Notes: generated by a model not told the origin, from the sequence alone. A DNA stretch of 64,000 nucleotides from an uncultured Acidobacteriota bacterium (GCA_963750915.1 CAVVSF010000005.1:298709-362708), one strand, 5' to 3'. Numbered from the stretch's first letter, positions 40,766-56,276 are shown. Made by a program: numbers and translations.

Positions 40766-42109
40766 TTACTTGCCGATGCAGAAACGTTCGAAGATCGCGC
40801 GCAGCACGTCGTCGCTCGTGCGGACGCCGGTGACCTCTTCGAACTTGCGCCGGGCCTCTGTCAGGTCGGCGACGACGAGTTCTTCGGGCTGCATCGCGGC
40901 CGCGGCCGCCGACGCGCGGTCGAGCGCCTGACGCGCCTGCGACAACAGCTCGGCGTGTCGCACGTTCGTGATCGCAGGCACATCGCGCAGCGGTTCGCCC
41001 GACGCCGCTTCGACGATCGCGCGCCGTAAGCGATCCATGCCGTCGCCGCTCTTCGCGGAGACGAACACGAGTCGCGCCTCGCCGACGTCCTGCCACGCCG
41101 GCGCGAGGTCGCTCTTGTTCGCGACGACCACCCGCCGCCGCGGCGACGTCGCGGCGAGGAGATCGCGATCGACATCTTCGATCGGCCGCGCGCGGTCGAG
41201 GACGACGATGATGACGTGCGCGACGTCACGGGCCGCTGCCGCGCGCGCGATGCCTTCGCGCTCGATCGGATCCAGCGTCGCGGTGCGCAGGCCGGCGGTA
41301 TCGACAATCGTCATCAGCACGCCGTCGACGTCGACCGTCTCCGTCAGCAGATCGCGCGTCGTCCCCGGGACCTCCGTTACGATCGCGCGCCCCGCCCCCG
41401 CGAGCTGGTTGAACAGGCTGGATTTGCCGACGTTCGGTTTGCCCGCGATCGCGACCTGCAGGCCTTCGCGGACGAGCCGGCCGCGCGCCGCGGTTGCCAG
41501 CAGCGCGTCGAGCTCGCCGATCAAGCTCGCGATCTCGCGCGCCGCGTCGCCCGACTCGATGAAGTGGTAGCCCTCATCCGGAAAATCGAGGGAAGCCTCC
41601 AGCCGCACGGTCAGGTCGAACAACCGCGAGTCGAGCCGGCGAATCTCGCCGGTCAGCGTCCCTTCGAGCTGGTCGTAAGCAGCCCGTGCCTGCAACGGCG
41701 TCACGGCATCGACCAGGTCCCGCACCGCTTCGGCCTGCACCAGATCGATCCGCTGCCGCAGGAACGCCCGGAATGTGAACTCGCCTGGCTCGGCCAGCCG
41801 CGCGCCGCCATCCATCGACGCTTCGAGGATCGCCCGCAGCAGCACCGGGCTGCCGTGAGCGCTGATCTCGACGACGTCTTCGCCGGTGAAGGAATGCGGC
41901 GCCGGAAAGAACGTGATGATGACTTGATCGGAGGCGCCGGCCGCGGCAATCCGCGCGAAGGTCGCGCGCCGTGGCTCGAGCGGGATTCGCCGGCGACAAA
42001 GCCCGGCGGCGATCTCCAGCGAGTGCGGACCACTGATGCGCACGACGCCGATGCCGCCGCGGCCCGGCGGCGTCGCAATCGCGACGATCGTGTCGTCGGG
42101 GTTGAACAT
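40766..42109 (-). CDS. mnmE: tRNA modification GTPase MnmE (TrmE)
   Basis: TIVAIATPPGRGGIGVVRISG, G1 GKPNVGKSS, and the C-terminal FCIGK. Confidence 0.95.
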   Translation of the reverse strand: MFNPDDTIVAIATPPGRGGIGVVRISGPHSLEIAAGLCRRRIPLEPRRATFARIAAAGASDQVIITFFPAPHSFTGEDVVEISAHGSPVLLRAILEASMDGGARLAEPGEFTFRAFLRQRIDLVQAEAVRDLVDAVTPLQARAAYDQLEGTLTGEIRRLDSRLFDLTVRLEASLDFPDEGYHFIESGDAAREIASLIGELDALLATAARGRLVREGLQVAIAGKPNVGKSSLFNQLAGAGRAIVTEVPGTTRDLLTETVDVDGVLMTIVDTAGLRTATLDPIEREGIARAAAARDVAHVIIVVLDRARPIEDVDRDLLAATSPRRRVVVANKSDLAPAWQDVGEARLVFVSAKSGDGMDRLRRAIVEAASGEPLRDVPAITNVRHAELLSQARQALDRASAAAAAMQPEELVVADLTEARRKFEEVTGVRTSDDVLRAIFERFCIGK

Positions 42110-42126
42110 CTTCGCCGCGCCGGGGC

Positions 42127-42582
42127 CTAGCGGCGGCTTCGCTGCGAGATGATGACGGTCTTCAGGAACGCGTCGCCGATGCTCTCGGAGCTCATCTCGG
42201 GATCCTCGGCGACCGCGAGGTGCACCAGGCGGCGCGCGTACGGATTGAGCGGCCCCATCTCCTGCGGCGCCCCCGTCGTCTTCGCCTTCTCGATCATGAA
42301 CTTCGCCATCTGCTTCAGCTCGGCGTCCTTGCCCTTGCGATAGTCGAGGCTGTCGAGCACGAAGGTGCGGTCGTCCTTGAGCTGACGGCGGAAGCCGGTG
42401 TTGACGATATGCTGCAGCGCGTCGAGCGTTTCAGCGCGGCGCCGCAGCAGCACGTCGGCGCCGTCGCCGGAGAGCTGCAGGCGAACGCTGTCCGCCGTGT
42501 CCTCGACGTCGATCTGGAGCGTCAGGCCCATGGCCTTCAGGGTGGCGTCGAGAAAGTCACGTACCTGGGCGTGCTGTTCCAT
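42127..42582 (-). CDS. Jag/KhpB-like RNA-binding protein (KH + R3H domains)
   Basis: Conserved position after yidC. The R3H-type motif is PLNPYARRLVHLAV. Confidence 0.8.
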   Translation of the reverse strand: MEQHAQVRDFLDATLKAMGLTLQIDVEDTADSVRLQLSGDGADVLLRRRAETLDALQHIVNTGFRRQLKDDRTFVLDSLDYRKGKDAELKQMAKFMIEKAKTTGAPQEMGPLNPYARRLVHLAVAEDPEMSSESIGDAFLKTVIISQRSRR

Positions 42583-44308
42583 TTACTTCCGCTCCTTGAC
42601 CACCTGCGCCGAGCGTCCCGCGCCGGCGTTCTTCATCTGTCGTTCGGCCGGCGGCCGGACATTGTGCTGCGGCGGCGGTCCGATCAGCCGGTTGGTGATG
42701 ACCTGCTGCCCGATCGTCCAGATGTTGCTCGCCGTCCAGTAGAGCACCAGCCCGCTCGGCATCCACAGCAGCATGCCGGTGAACATCAGCGGCATGAACA
42801 GCATCATCTTCTGCTGCACCGGGTCGGCCGACATCGGCGTCATCTTGGTCTGGACGAACTGCGTCAGGCCCATGAGCACCGGCGTCACGAACAGCGGGTC
42901 GTGCGCCGACAGGTCCCTGATCCAGCCCATGAACGGCGCCCCTCGCAGCTCGATCGCGACCGACAGCATCGAGTAGAACGCGATCAGGACCGGCAGCGTC
43001 AGCAGCATCGGCAGGCACCCGGCAGCCGGGTTGGTCCCGTGCTGCTTGTAGAGCGCCATCACTTCCTCGTTCATCTTCTGCCGCGCCGGGTCGGTCACCT
43101 TCAGCTTGGCGTAGCGATCCTGGATCGCCTTCATCTGCGGCTGCAGCTCCTGCATCTTCCGCATCGAGACGACGCTCTTGTGGCGGAGCGGGAACATCGC
43201 CAGGTTGATCAGCACGGTGAGCGCGACGATCGACCAGCCGTAGTTGCCGATGTAGCCGTGCACCCACTTCAGCGCGCGCAGCAGCGGCACCACCAGCCAG
43301 TCGAAGATGCCAAAGTGAATCGCCCGCACCAGGTCGGGCTTGACCGACTGCAGCACGTCGAGGTCCTTGGGGCCGAAGAAATACTCGGCGCCGTTCGCGG
43401 CTTCCGGCGAGCTGACCCGCCAGGTGATGAACTGCAGCGCCTGGCCGCCGTTGCTCTCGGCCGGCACGACGATCGGATCGAAACGGAACTGCGCCGGCTG
43501 CGCTCCCGACACCAGCGCGCTGAGGAAGTAGTGATCGTCGACGCCGGCGAACCCGAACGTCCCCTGCTCCTGGCGATGCTGCTCAATCGAGCCGATGTCG
43601 ACACGCGTCACTTCGCGGTCGCGATAGAAGATCGGCTGCGGCGCCGGGGCGTAGCTCATGCCACCGCTGACGACGCCGGTGCCGAGCGCCGGCCCCCAGT
43701 CGACAGTCGGCGTCAGCGGCGTCGATCCCTGCGACACGGTCGCCGTGAACTTGATGTTGTATGGCCGCGCTGTCGAGAACCCGAACTCCTTGCGTGCCTT
43801 GAGGCCCGCCGCATCCTCGGTACTCGAACACCAGCGTCGACCCGGCCGCATCGACGGTCAAGGACGTCTTGTCGGGGAGGAACAACGCCTGCTTCAGTTT
43901 CGCCGTCGTCGCGGCGTCGTCGACGATGAGCGTGAAGGGTTTGTTGGCGTTCTCGATCTTCTGCGGGATGAGCTCGAGGTCCTCGCCGACGCCGTCCCGG
44001 TAGCCCTTGAGGCGCCAGCTTTTCAGAACGCCGCCGCGGGTCGTGAACGTCGCCTTCACCATCTCGTTCTCGACGACGACGTCCTGTTCGGCCGGTGCGG
44101 CGACGAGCGCCTTCGGCAGCTCAACGGCGACCTGCGGTTCCGTCGGCGGCGCCTGCACCGTCGTCGGCGCCTGCGTACCCGACGGCGTCGACGTCACCGT
44201 CTGCGGCTGTGCCTGCGGTTTCGGCGGCGGCGGCGGCGGATAGAGTGCCTGCCACCCGTAAATCACGAGGAAGCTGAGCACGATGGCGAGCAGAAACTGT
44301 CTTTGCAT
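42583..44308 (-). pseudogene. yidC: Membrane protein insertase YidC with an apparent single-base frameshift near 43818-43822
   Basis: ORF 43583..44308 gives the N-terminal TM and periplasmic domain up to ...AGSTLVFEY. The continuation EDAAGLKARKEFGF... and the conserved 60KD_IMP core (WGWSIVALTVLINLAMFPL...) are in ORF 42583..43851. Confidence 0.8.
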
Positions 44309-44344
44309 CGAGGGGTCGGAATGAAAGCCCGGAATGAATTTCGT

Positions 44345-44617
44345 TCAGGAACGCGTGATGCGATCGGTCTGCGGCACGGGATCGAAGCCGTACGATCCAA
44401 GCGGATTGCAGCGCGCCAGCCGGCGCGTCGCGAGCCACCCGCCGCGCAGGGCGCCGTGCTGGATGATGGCCTCCCGGGCGTACTGAGAGCAGGACGGCAC
44501 GTACCGGCACGAGCCGGCGTACCACGGCGAGGCTAGTGTCCTGTAGATCGTCAGGAGCGCGATCAGCCCGCGTTGGCCCAGATTCGGGCGGGCTTCGCGA
44601 CGGCGAAAATCGCGCAT
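44345..44617 (-). CDS. yidD: Membrane protein insertion efficiency factor YidD
   Basis: CRYVPSCSQYAREAI..HG motif. The ORF extends to 44671; the start was chosen at the internal ATG to limit overlap with rnpA. Confidence 0.85.
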   Translation of the reverse strand: MRDFRRREARPNLGQRGLIALLTIYRTLASPWYAGSCRYVPSCSQYAREAIIQHGALRGGWLATRRLARCNPLGSYGFDPVPQTDRITRS

Positions 44618-44657
44618 CGCGGGGTCAGAACCCTGGAGTCGATTGGGGACGGCGGTT

Positions 44658-45041
44658 TCAGGAGCGGCCATGTTTGCTTAGACGCGCGGCGCAGCGTTCG
44701 AGCGCGGACCTGAAATCCTCTTCGAGACTGGCGTAGGGCGCCTGGAAGAGCTCGGTGCGCGGGATGACCACGATATCGACGCCGGCCAGGACCGTCTTGT
44801 TCCGGCGAAAAATCTCTCGAATCAGTCGTTTCGCGCGATTTCTCCGAACCGCATCACCCAGCTTCCTGGACGCGACGATGCCGAGGCGCGTCTGCCAGTT
44901 CGGCGTCGGTTTCGTCAGCAGCGTGAAGTAGCGGCTGCGCATCCGGTTCGCGGCGTCGAATACCTCCTGGAACTCGGTCCGGCGCAACAACCGGCGGTCT
45001 TTACCGAACTTCGATCCGGATCGCGGCTCGAACTCAGGCAT
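44658..45041 (-). CDS. rnpA: Ribonuclease P protein component
   Basis: Basic 127-aa protein with the RNR-type motif (RRNRAKRLIRE), located between rpmH and yidD. Confidence 0.88.
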   Translation of the reverse strand: MPEFEPRSGSKFGKDRRLLRRTEFQEVFDAANRMRSRYFTLLTKPTPNWQTRLGIVASRKLGDAVRRNRAKRLIREIFRRNKTVLAGVDIVVIPRTELFQAPYASLEEDFRSALERCAARLSKHGRS

Positions 45042-45118
45042 TGGTAATCAGGAGCGCGGGAACTGGAATTGCCCGGCAGACCCAATTGACGGCTGCCGTG
45101 ACGCGTCCGTTGCGCGGG

Positions 45119-45262
45119 CTAGCTCGACGAGACCGTAAGACGCTTGCGGCCCTTGGCGCGGCGACGCTTCAGAACCTGCCGGCCATTCTTAGTGCTCATA
45201 CGCACGAGGAACCCGTGGGTCTTTGCGCGGCGGCGGCGATTCGGTTGAAACGTGCGCTTCAT
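45119..45262 (-). CDS. rpmH: 50S ribosomal protein L34
   Basis: Not in the ORF track (47 aa). Translates to [47 protein letters not shown]. Confidence 0.93.
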   Translation of the reverse strand: MKRTFQPNRRRRAKTHGFLVRMSTKNGRQVLKRRRAKGRKRLTVSSS

Positions 45263-45538
45263 GGCTCTCGATACCCCTGTCTCAGAAAATCCTGTGGGCG
45301 CCCGTCAAGGGACGGCCGACGTGTCCAGCCTCCGCGCCGGGACTCACCGTGGTGGCGCGGTTTGAGGCCCTGCGACGCCCGTTGGCTGGCGGAGAAACGT
45401 CGATGATATCGAACCCCGGCAGGCCCTGTCAATGAAGCCAGGCGTCTCTTTTTGGCCGGTTTCGACGGCCTTGGTCGGGTCCGGACCGTGTGCTACAGTC
45501 ACGTCCCCTGCGTGACCGTCCGGGGTCTCCTTTTGAAG

Positions 45539-45570
45539 TTTTCCACAACTGTGGAAAAAAATGTGGAAAA
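45539..45570. promoter_or_regulatory. Cluster of three DnaA boxes (TTTTCCACA, then two TGTGGAAAA) upstream of dnaA
   Basis: Boxes at 45539-45547, 45550-45558 and 45562-45570. Each differs from TTATCCACA at one position. Confidence 0.7.
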
Positions 45571-45761
45571 GCCTCGGTTTTCGCCCCAGTGGCGGCCACC
45601 GATGCGGGAGCAGCACGGGTTTTCGCGGGGCGAAGGCTGAATTGCACGCATTTTCCGGCCTCTATTGGCGTCGGTTCGTGTAAGCGTCGCGTAACGCCGC
45701 GGTATCGGCGAGGCGAAAGTCCGGCGGACGCCATGTTTTCGAAGCGTTTTAGGGGTTTGCA

Positions 45762-47117
45762 GTGGCAAGCACAGGCGTGAAGAAGCTCAATGTCTGGGAT
45801 CAGGTCCTCGAGCGGATCGAAACCAAGGTCAACCAGCACATTTACGCCACCTGGTTCAAGCCCACCGCGTTCGTGTCCGACACCGGCACCCTGGTCGAGG
45901 TCCGGGTGCCGAATGCGCTCTTCAGCAACTGGCTGACCAAGCACTACTCGGTCGTGCTCGACGAGGCGCTGGCAGAAGTCGAGCGGCGCGGCTGTACGGT
46001 CTCGTTCGTAACCGAGGAAGCGGCTGCGGCCGCGCAGCGTGAGGAAGAGGCCGCCGCCCTGCCGAGCGTCCAGGCGATCGAGGACGTTGACCAGCCCGCG
46101 CCCGGCAGCCTTGCGCCCCGCTACTCGTTCGACGCCTTCATCGTCGGTCCGTCGAACCAGTTCGCGCACGCCGCCTGCCGCGCCGTCGCCGAGTCGCCGT
46201 CACGCTCGTACAACCCGCTCTTCATCTACGGCGGCGTCGGTCTGGGCAAGACTCACTTGATGCACGCGATCGGCCACTACGTGCTGACGCACCTGAAGAA
46301 CCTGAAGCTCACCTACATCTCGTCCGAGCGGTTCATGAACGAGATGATCAACGCGGTGCGCTACGACCGCATCCTCGATTTCCGCGAGCGCTACCGCAGC
46401 GTCGACGTGCTGCTCGTCGACGACATCCAGTTCATCTCCGGCAAGGAAGGCACGCAGAACGAGTTCTTCCACACCTTCAACGCGCTCTACGATTCGCAGA
46501 AGCAGATCGTCATCAGCAGCGACTGTCCGCCGCACGAGATCCCGGCGCTCGAGGAACGGCTCCGGTCGCGATTCGAGTGGGGGTTGATCGCCGACATCCA
46601 GCCGCCGGACCTCGAGACCAAGGTCGCGATCCTCAAGAAAAAGGCGGAAACTGAAGGCATTCCGCTGCCAGACAACGTCGCGATCTACATCGCCGGCAAG
46701 ATCAAGTCGAACATCCGCGAGCTCGAAGGTTCACTGATCCGGCTGATCGCTTACGCCTCGTTGACAGCGCGCGAGATCTCGCTCGGCCTCGCCCAGGACG
46801 TCCTCCGCAACGTGCTGCAGCACGACGATCGCGCGGTGACGATCGAGATCATCCAGAAGTTCGTCGCCGACTACTACCAGTTGAAGCTCGCCGAACTCAA
46901 GTCCCGCAACAACTCGAAGTCGGTGGCGATGCCGAGACAGATCTCGATGTATCTCTGCAAGACGCTGACGACCGCGTCGCTGCCGGAGATTGGTCGCAGC
47001 TTCGGCGGTAAGCATCACTCGACCGTGATCCATTCGATCCGCAAGATCGAGGACCTCCGTCAGCGCGACGGAGATTTCAACAACCTGATCGCGGGCTTCC
47101 TGGAGTCGTTCCGTTAG
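45762..47117 (+). CDS. dnaA: Chromosomal replication initiator DnaA
   Basis: AAA+ core ([29 protein letters not shown]) and the domain IV signature ([15 protein letters not shown]). GTG start. Confidence 0.97.
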   Translation: MASTGVKKLNVWDQVLERIETKVNQHIYATWFKPTAFVSDTGTLVEVRVPNALFSNWLTKHYSVVLDEALAEVERRGCTVSFVTEEAAAAAQREEEAAALPSVQAIEDVDQPAPGSLAPRYSFDAFIVGPSNQFAHAACRAVAESPSRSYNPLFIYGGVGLGKTHLMHAIGHYVLTHLKNLKLTYISSERFMNEMINAVRYDRILDFRERYRSVDVLLVDDIQFISGKEGTQNEFFHTFNALYDSQKQIVISSDCPPHEIPALEERLRSRFEWGLIADIQPPDLETKVAILKKKAETEGIPLPDNVAIYIAGKIKSNIRELEGSLIRLIAYASLTAREISLGLAQDVLRNVLQHDDRAVTIEIIQKFVADYYQLKLAELKSRNNSKSVAMPRQISMYLCKTLTTASLPEIGRSFGGKHHSTVIHSIRKIEDLRQRDGDFNNLIAGFLESFR

Positions 47118-47405
47118 GGAAATGCGCCGGCTGGTCGGTTTTCCACAGCCCGCGCCGCGGGCTCCTGCGGAGGTTCTGTGGGCGGCCGATCCGGGTCGGG
47201 GCTGCGGCCCGGAACCGCGCCGAAAACCCGCCGTGGTACCGAAGCGGTTTCCACAGTTTAAGTGACTGAAGAACAAGGACTAATCGTCACGATTAATGTT
47301 TTCAACAGCACCTTATTCCTGTTATAATTTCTTGTTCTTTGATCTCCCTCTTCAGTAAAGAGATCTACGCGCCGGCCCGGCGCTTTCCCGCGAGGTCATC
47401 ACCAC
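47118..47405. other. Candidate oriC: DnaA boxes plus an AT-rich unwinding element in the dnaA-dnaN spacer
   Basis: TTTTCCACA at 47139-47147, GTTTCCACA at 47247-47255, then about 120 bp (47256-47375) of strikingly AT-rich sequence with two GATC sites in an otherwise GC-rich genome. Confidence 0.6.
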
Positions 47406-48524
47406 ATGGAGTTGGTCGTCCGTAAGACCGATCTGTTGCGCGAACTTCAACTCTTCCAGGGCATCGTCGAGCGCAAGAACACGATTCCGATTCTTGCCAA
47501 CGTGCTCCTCGAAGCGAAGGGGGAAGAGGTCAAGTTGCTCGCGACCGATCTCGAGGTCGGGCTGCGCAGCCGGTGTGCCGCGTCGGTGGCGAAGGGCGGA
47601 TCGTTGACGCTACCGGCGAAGAAGCTCTACGAGATCGTCAAAGCGCTGCCGGAGACCGACGTTCGCATCGAAGAGGACAAGAACGGCGTCAAGGTCGCCG
47701 CTGATCGCTTCGACTCGCGGATGCAGACACTGCCGCGCGAGGACTTTCCGAGTCTGCCGGAGGCATCGGGAGTAATCAGCGCCTCGCTGCCGCGCGATGT
47801 CGTCAAGCAGATGGTGTCGAAGACGCAGTTTGCGATCACCGGCGAGGACACACGCTACTTCCTCAACGGCGCGCTGTTCATCCTGCGTCCCGACTCGATG
47901 AGCCTGGTGGCAACCGACGGCCATCGGCTGGCGCTGGTCACCGTGCCGCGCGCCGCCGGCAGCAAGGTCGACAAGGATGCCGACGATGTCCGCGTGATCC
48001 TGCCGCGGAAGACCCTGCTCGAGCTCGGCCGGCTCCTGGGCGAGGGTGAAGGGGATATCCAGTACGAGCGCGGCGAGAACCACCTGTTCTTCGACATTGG
48101 CGGCCGGCTCCTGATCTCGAGGATGATCGACGGCCAGTTCCCGGCGTTCGAGCGGGTGATTCCGAAGAGCAACGACAAGCGGGTCGAGTTCGATCGCGAT
48201 CGGCTGACCAGCGCGGTGCGCCGCGTCGCCCTGCTGTCGAACGAACGCTCGCGCGCGGTCAAGTTCCAGATCGACAAAGGCAAGGTGGAGATCACTTCGA
48301 GCAGCCCGGAGTTCGGCGAAGCCAAGGAAGTCGTCGTTGTCGACTACAACGCCGCACCGGTGACGATCTGTTTCAACGCGCAGTACGTCGTCGACTTCCT
48401 GGGCGCCGTCGAAACTGATTCCGTCGCCCTCGACTTCAAGGACGAGATGAGCCAGGCGGTCCTGTCGCCGGTCGGCGCCGAGGGCTACAGCTACACCTAC
48501 GTCATCATGCCGATGCGGGTCTGA
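47406..48524 (+). CDS. dnaN: DNA polymerase III beta sliding clamp
   Basis: 372 aa, three-domain clamp pattern, immediately after dnaA. Confidence 0.97.
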   Translation: MELVVRKTDLLRELQLFQGIVERKNTIPILANVLLEAKGEEVKLLATDLEVGLRSRCAASVAKGGSLTLPAKKLYEIVKALPETDVRIEEDKNGVKVAADRFDSRMQTLPREDFPSLPEASGVISASLPRDVVKQMVSKTQFAITGEDTRYFLNGALFILRPDSMSLVATDGHRLALVTVPRAAGSKVDKDADDVRVILPRKTLLELGRLLGEGEGDIQYERGENHLFFDIGGRLLISRMIDGQFPAFERVIPKSNDKRVEFDRDRLTSAVRRVALLSNERSRAVKFQIDKGKVEITSSSPEFGEAKEVVVVDYNAAPVTICFNAQYVVDFLGAVETDSVALDFKDEMSQAVLSPVGAEGYSYTYVIMPMRV

Positions 48525-48539
48525 CGTCAGCTAGATTAA

Positions 48540-51203
<2,664 letters not shown>

Positions 51204-51204
51204 G

Positions 51205-51294
51205 CGGCTCAAGGCTCAGGACTCAGGGCTCAGGAGGGCTCAGGGCCGTCGAGCCTTGAGTCCCCCTGCGCCTTGAGCCCTGAGCCCTGAGCCG
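51205..51294. repeat. Heptamer-periodic hairpin (GGCTCAR / YTGAGCC arms) in the gyrB-gyrA spacer
   Basis: CGGCTCAAGGCTCAGGACTCAGGGCTCAGGAGGGCTCAGGGC faces GAGCCTTGAGTCCCCCTGCGCCTTGAGCCCTGAGCCCTGAGCCG. The complementarity is long but imperfect. Confidence 0.6.
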
Positions 51295-51306
51295 ACACGA
51301 TTCACC

Positions 51307-53835
<2,529 letters not shown>

Positions 53836-53854
53836 GGCGGGCTTCAGCCCCGCC
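53836..53854. terminator. Short GC hairpin (GGCGGG-CTTCAGC-CCCGCC) between convergent gyrA and uvrD/pcrA
   Basis: CGTAGGGCGGGCTTCAGCCCCGCC. A near-identical CGTAGGGCGTGGCTTCAGCCCCGCC lies at 1324-1348. There is no T-tract. Confidence 0.4.
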
Positions 53855-53866
53855 TCGATCAGTCCC

Positions 53867-56146
53867 TTAGGCCAGCTCGAGCTTTGCGTATTTCGACAGC
53901 AGCTTCTTCACGCCGACCGAGGCGAAGCGCACGGTCACCTTCAGATCGTCGTTGTGCTCTTCGACCGCGACCACGGTGCCGACGCCGAACTGCGGGTGGC
54001 GCACGCGCGTGCCGCTGCGCAGGCCGGTCACCGACTGATCCTCGTGGGCGTAGTCGTACGACGCCTCTTCCTTCACCCGCCGGCCTTTCTGGCTGTACGG
54101 ATTGGTGCGGAAGTTATAGTGGTTGTGGCCGTAGCTCCCGCCCTGGAACGCGCTCGTCCAGGTCGGCGCGATGCGCTCGACGAGCTCGGCCGGGATCTCG
54201 TCGAGGAACCGCGACGGCTCCGTCGACTGGTACTCGCCGAAGACACGCCGCCGCGCCGCGCTCGTGAGCACGAGGTTGGACTGCGCCCGTGTCATCCCGA
54301 CGTAGCAGAGGCGCCGCTCCTCCTCGATGTCGTCTTCGTCTTCGCCGGCTCGGGCGTGGGGAAACAGCCCTTCTTCGAGCCCGGCGATGATGACGAGCGG
54401 GAACTCCAGCCCCTTGGCGGCGTGCATGGTCATCATCCAGACCCTGGCTTCGCGGCTTCCGGACTCCTCGTCGGCCTCCGAGAGCAGCGACAGCCGGTCG
54501 ACGAAGCCGCCGAGCGATGCCTCGGCTTCCCGCGCCTCGTAATCCCGCGCCGCCGACACGAGCTCCATCAGGTTCTCGATGCGCTCGTTGGCTTCCTCGC
54601 TGTTCTCGTCGCGCAGCGCCTTGAGGTAGCCGGTCTGGTCGAGCATCTTGCCGAGCACGACCGAGACCGTGTCTTCCCGCGCCACCTGCGCCAGGCTCGC
54701 GAGCATGTCCCTGAAGCCGCGCAAAGCCGATGTCGCCCGCGCCGGCAGCCTGCTCTCGTCGACGGCATGCGTCAGCTTCGACCAGAGCGAGCGCGCCGAG
54801 GCGACCTCCGCGAGTCCGATCGCGAGCAGCGGCGGTGCATCCATGCGCACCGCCTCGGGATCGATCGCCTGCAGCCCGTCCATCACACCCTTGCCGACGC
54901 CGCGAGCCGGCACGTTGATGACGCGGCGCAGGCTGACGTCGTCGTGCGGGTTGATGATGAGCTTGAGGTAGGCGAGCGAGTCCTTGATCTCCTTGCGTTC
55001 GTAGAAGCGGACGCCGCCGATGATCTTGTAGGGAATGCTCTCGCGCATCAGCGAGTCTTCAATCGCCCGCGACTGCGAGTTGATGCGGTAGAGCACCGCC
55101 TTCATGTTTCCGACGCCGTCGACCTGCTCGGCGCGCGCCTGCTTGATCGTCCGGACGATGAAGTCCGCCTCTTCGAGCTCGTCGTTGCCGCGGTAGGAGA
55201 TGATCTTCGCGCCGCCGGCACGATCGGTCCACAGCCGCTTCTCCTTGCGGTTGCGGTTCTGGCTGATCACGGCGCTCGCGGCGTCGAGAATGACCTGGGT
55301 CGAGCGGTAGTTCTGCTCGAGGCGAATCGTCTGAGCTTCGGGGAAGTCGTGCTCGAAGTCGAGGATGTTGCGCAGGTCTGCGCCGCGCCACTTGTAGATC
55401 GACTGGTCCGGATCGCCGACCACCGCGAGGTTGCGGTGCACCTCGGCCAGCCGCTTGATCAGCATGTACTGCGGCCGGTTCGTGTCCTGGTACTCGTCGA
55501 TCATGATGAAGCGGAACTTGTTCGAGTAGTAGCCCCGCACCTGTTCGGAGGTCTCGAACAGTTCGACCGTCTTCAGCAGCAGATCGTCGAAGTCGAGAGC
55601 GTTGGCATCGCGGAGCGCCGTGACATAGCGCTCGAAGATCCGCGCGATCTGCTCGTCGCGCAGGTTGTAGGAGCCGCGCAGCGAGTCGGGGCCCTCCATG
55701 CGGTTGCGGGCATGGCTGATGCGGGACAGCGCCTGCCGCGGCGGCACGAACTTGTCGTCGATGCCGAGCTCTTTCTCGATCTGCTTGACGACGGCGACCT
55801 GGTCCGACGAGTCGTAGATGACGAAGTCGCGCGAGAGCCCGATCTTCGGCGCCTCGCGCCGCAACAGCCGGGCGCAGAGGGCGTGAAACGTCGACAGCCA
55901 GACGCCCTTCCCATCCTCGCCAATCAGCGCCTCGACCCGCTCCCGCATCTCGCCCGCGGCCTTGTTCGTGAAGGTCACCGCCAGCACCTCGTCGGGCCGG
56001 GCGTGGCCGTCGCCGATGAGATAAGCGATGCGATACGTGATGACGCGCGTCTTCCCCGACCCGGCGCCGGCGAGGATGAGCAGCGGCCCATCGCGATGAA
56101 GCACGGCTTCGCGTTGTTCGGGGTTCAGCTTGGAGAGGAAGTCCAT
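53867..56146 (-). CDS. ATP-dependent DNA helicase, UvrD/PcrA family
   Basis: LNPEQREAV, GAGSGKTRV, IDEYQDTN and a C-terminal Tudor-like tail (GTRVRHPQFGVGTVV). Confidence 0.93.
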   Translation of the reverse strand: MDFLSKLNPEQREAVLHRDGPLLILAGAGSGKTRVITYRIAYLIGDGHARPDEVLAVTFTNKAAGEMRERVEALIGEDGKGVWLSTFHALCARLLRREAPKIGLSRDFVIYDSSDQVAVVKQIEKELGIDDKFVPPRQALSRISHARNRMEGPDSLRGSYNLRDEQIARIFERYVTALRDANALDFDDLLLKTVELFETSEQVRGYYSNKFRFIMIDEYQDTNRPQYMLIKRLAEVHRNLAVVGDPDQSIYKWRGADLRNILDFEHDFPEAQTIRLEQNYRSTQVILDAASAVISQNRNRKEKRLWTDRAGGAKIISYRGNDELEEADFIVRTIKQARAEQVDGVGNMKAVLYRINSQSRAIEDSLMRESIPYKIIGGVRFYERKEIKDSLAYLKLIINPHDDVSLRRVINVPARGVGKGVMDGLQAIDPEAVRMDAPPLLAIGLAEVASARSLWSKLTHAVDESRLPARATSALRGFRDMLASLAQVAREDTVSVVLGKMLDQTGYLKALRDENSEEANERIENLMELVSAARDYEAREAEASLGGFVDRLSLLSEADEESGSREARVWMMTMHAAKGLEFPLVIIAGLEEGLFPHARAGEDEDDIEEERRLCYVGMTRAQSNLVLTSAARRRVFGEYQSTEPSRFLDEIPAELVERIAPTWTSAFQGGSYGHNHYNFRTNPYSQKGRRVKEEASYDYAHEDQSVTGLRSGTRVRHPQFGVGTVVAVEEHNDDLKVTVRFASVGVKKLLSKYAKLELA

Positions 56147-56168
56147 TGGGGGGTCAGGTGATTATAGC

Positions 56169-56235
56169 TGCCGGTTGTGCGGTTGTGCGGTCGTCCGGTT
56201 GCGCGGTTGTGCGGGTGGTTCGGTCGTCCGCACGG
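56169..56235. repeat. Left inverted repeat (8-nt periodic CGGTTGTG/CGGTCGTC units) flanking the four-helix-bundle gene
   Basis: TGCCGGTTGTGCGGTTGTGCGGTCGTCCGGTTGCGCGGTTGTGCGGGTGGTTCGGTCGTCCGCACGGC is imperfectly complementary to 56784..56847. Confidence 0.65.
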
Positions 56236-56276
56236 CGATCGACGACCGACACTCGACACCTCAGTTGATCGCGCGG

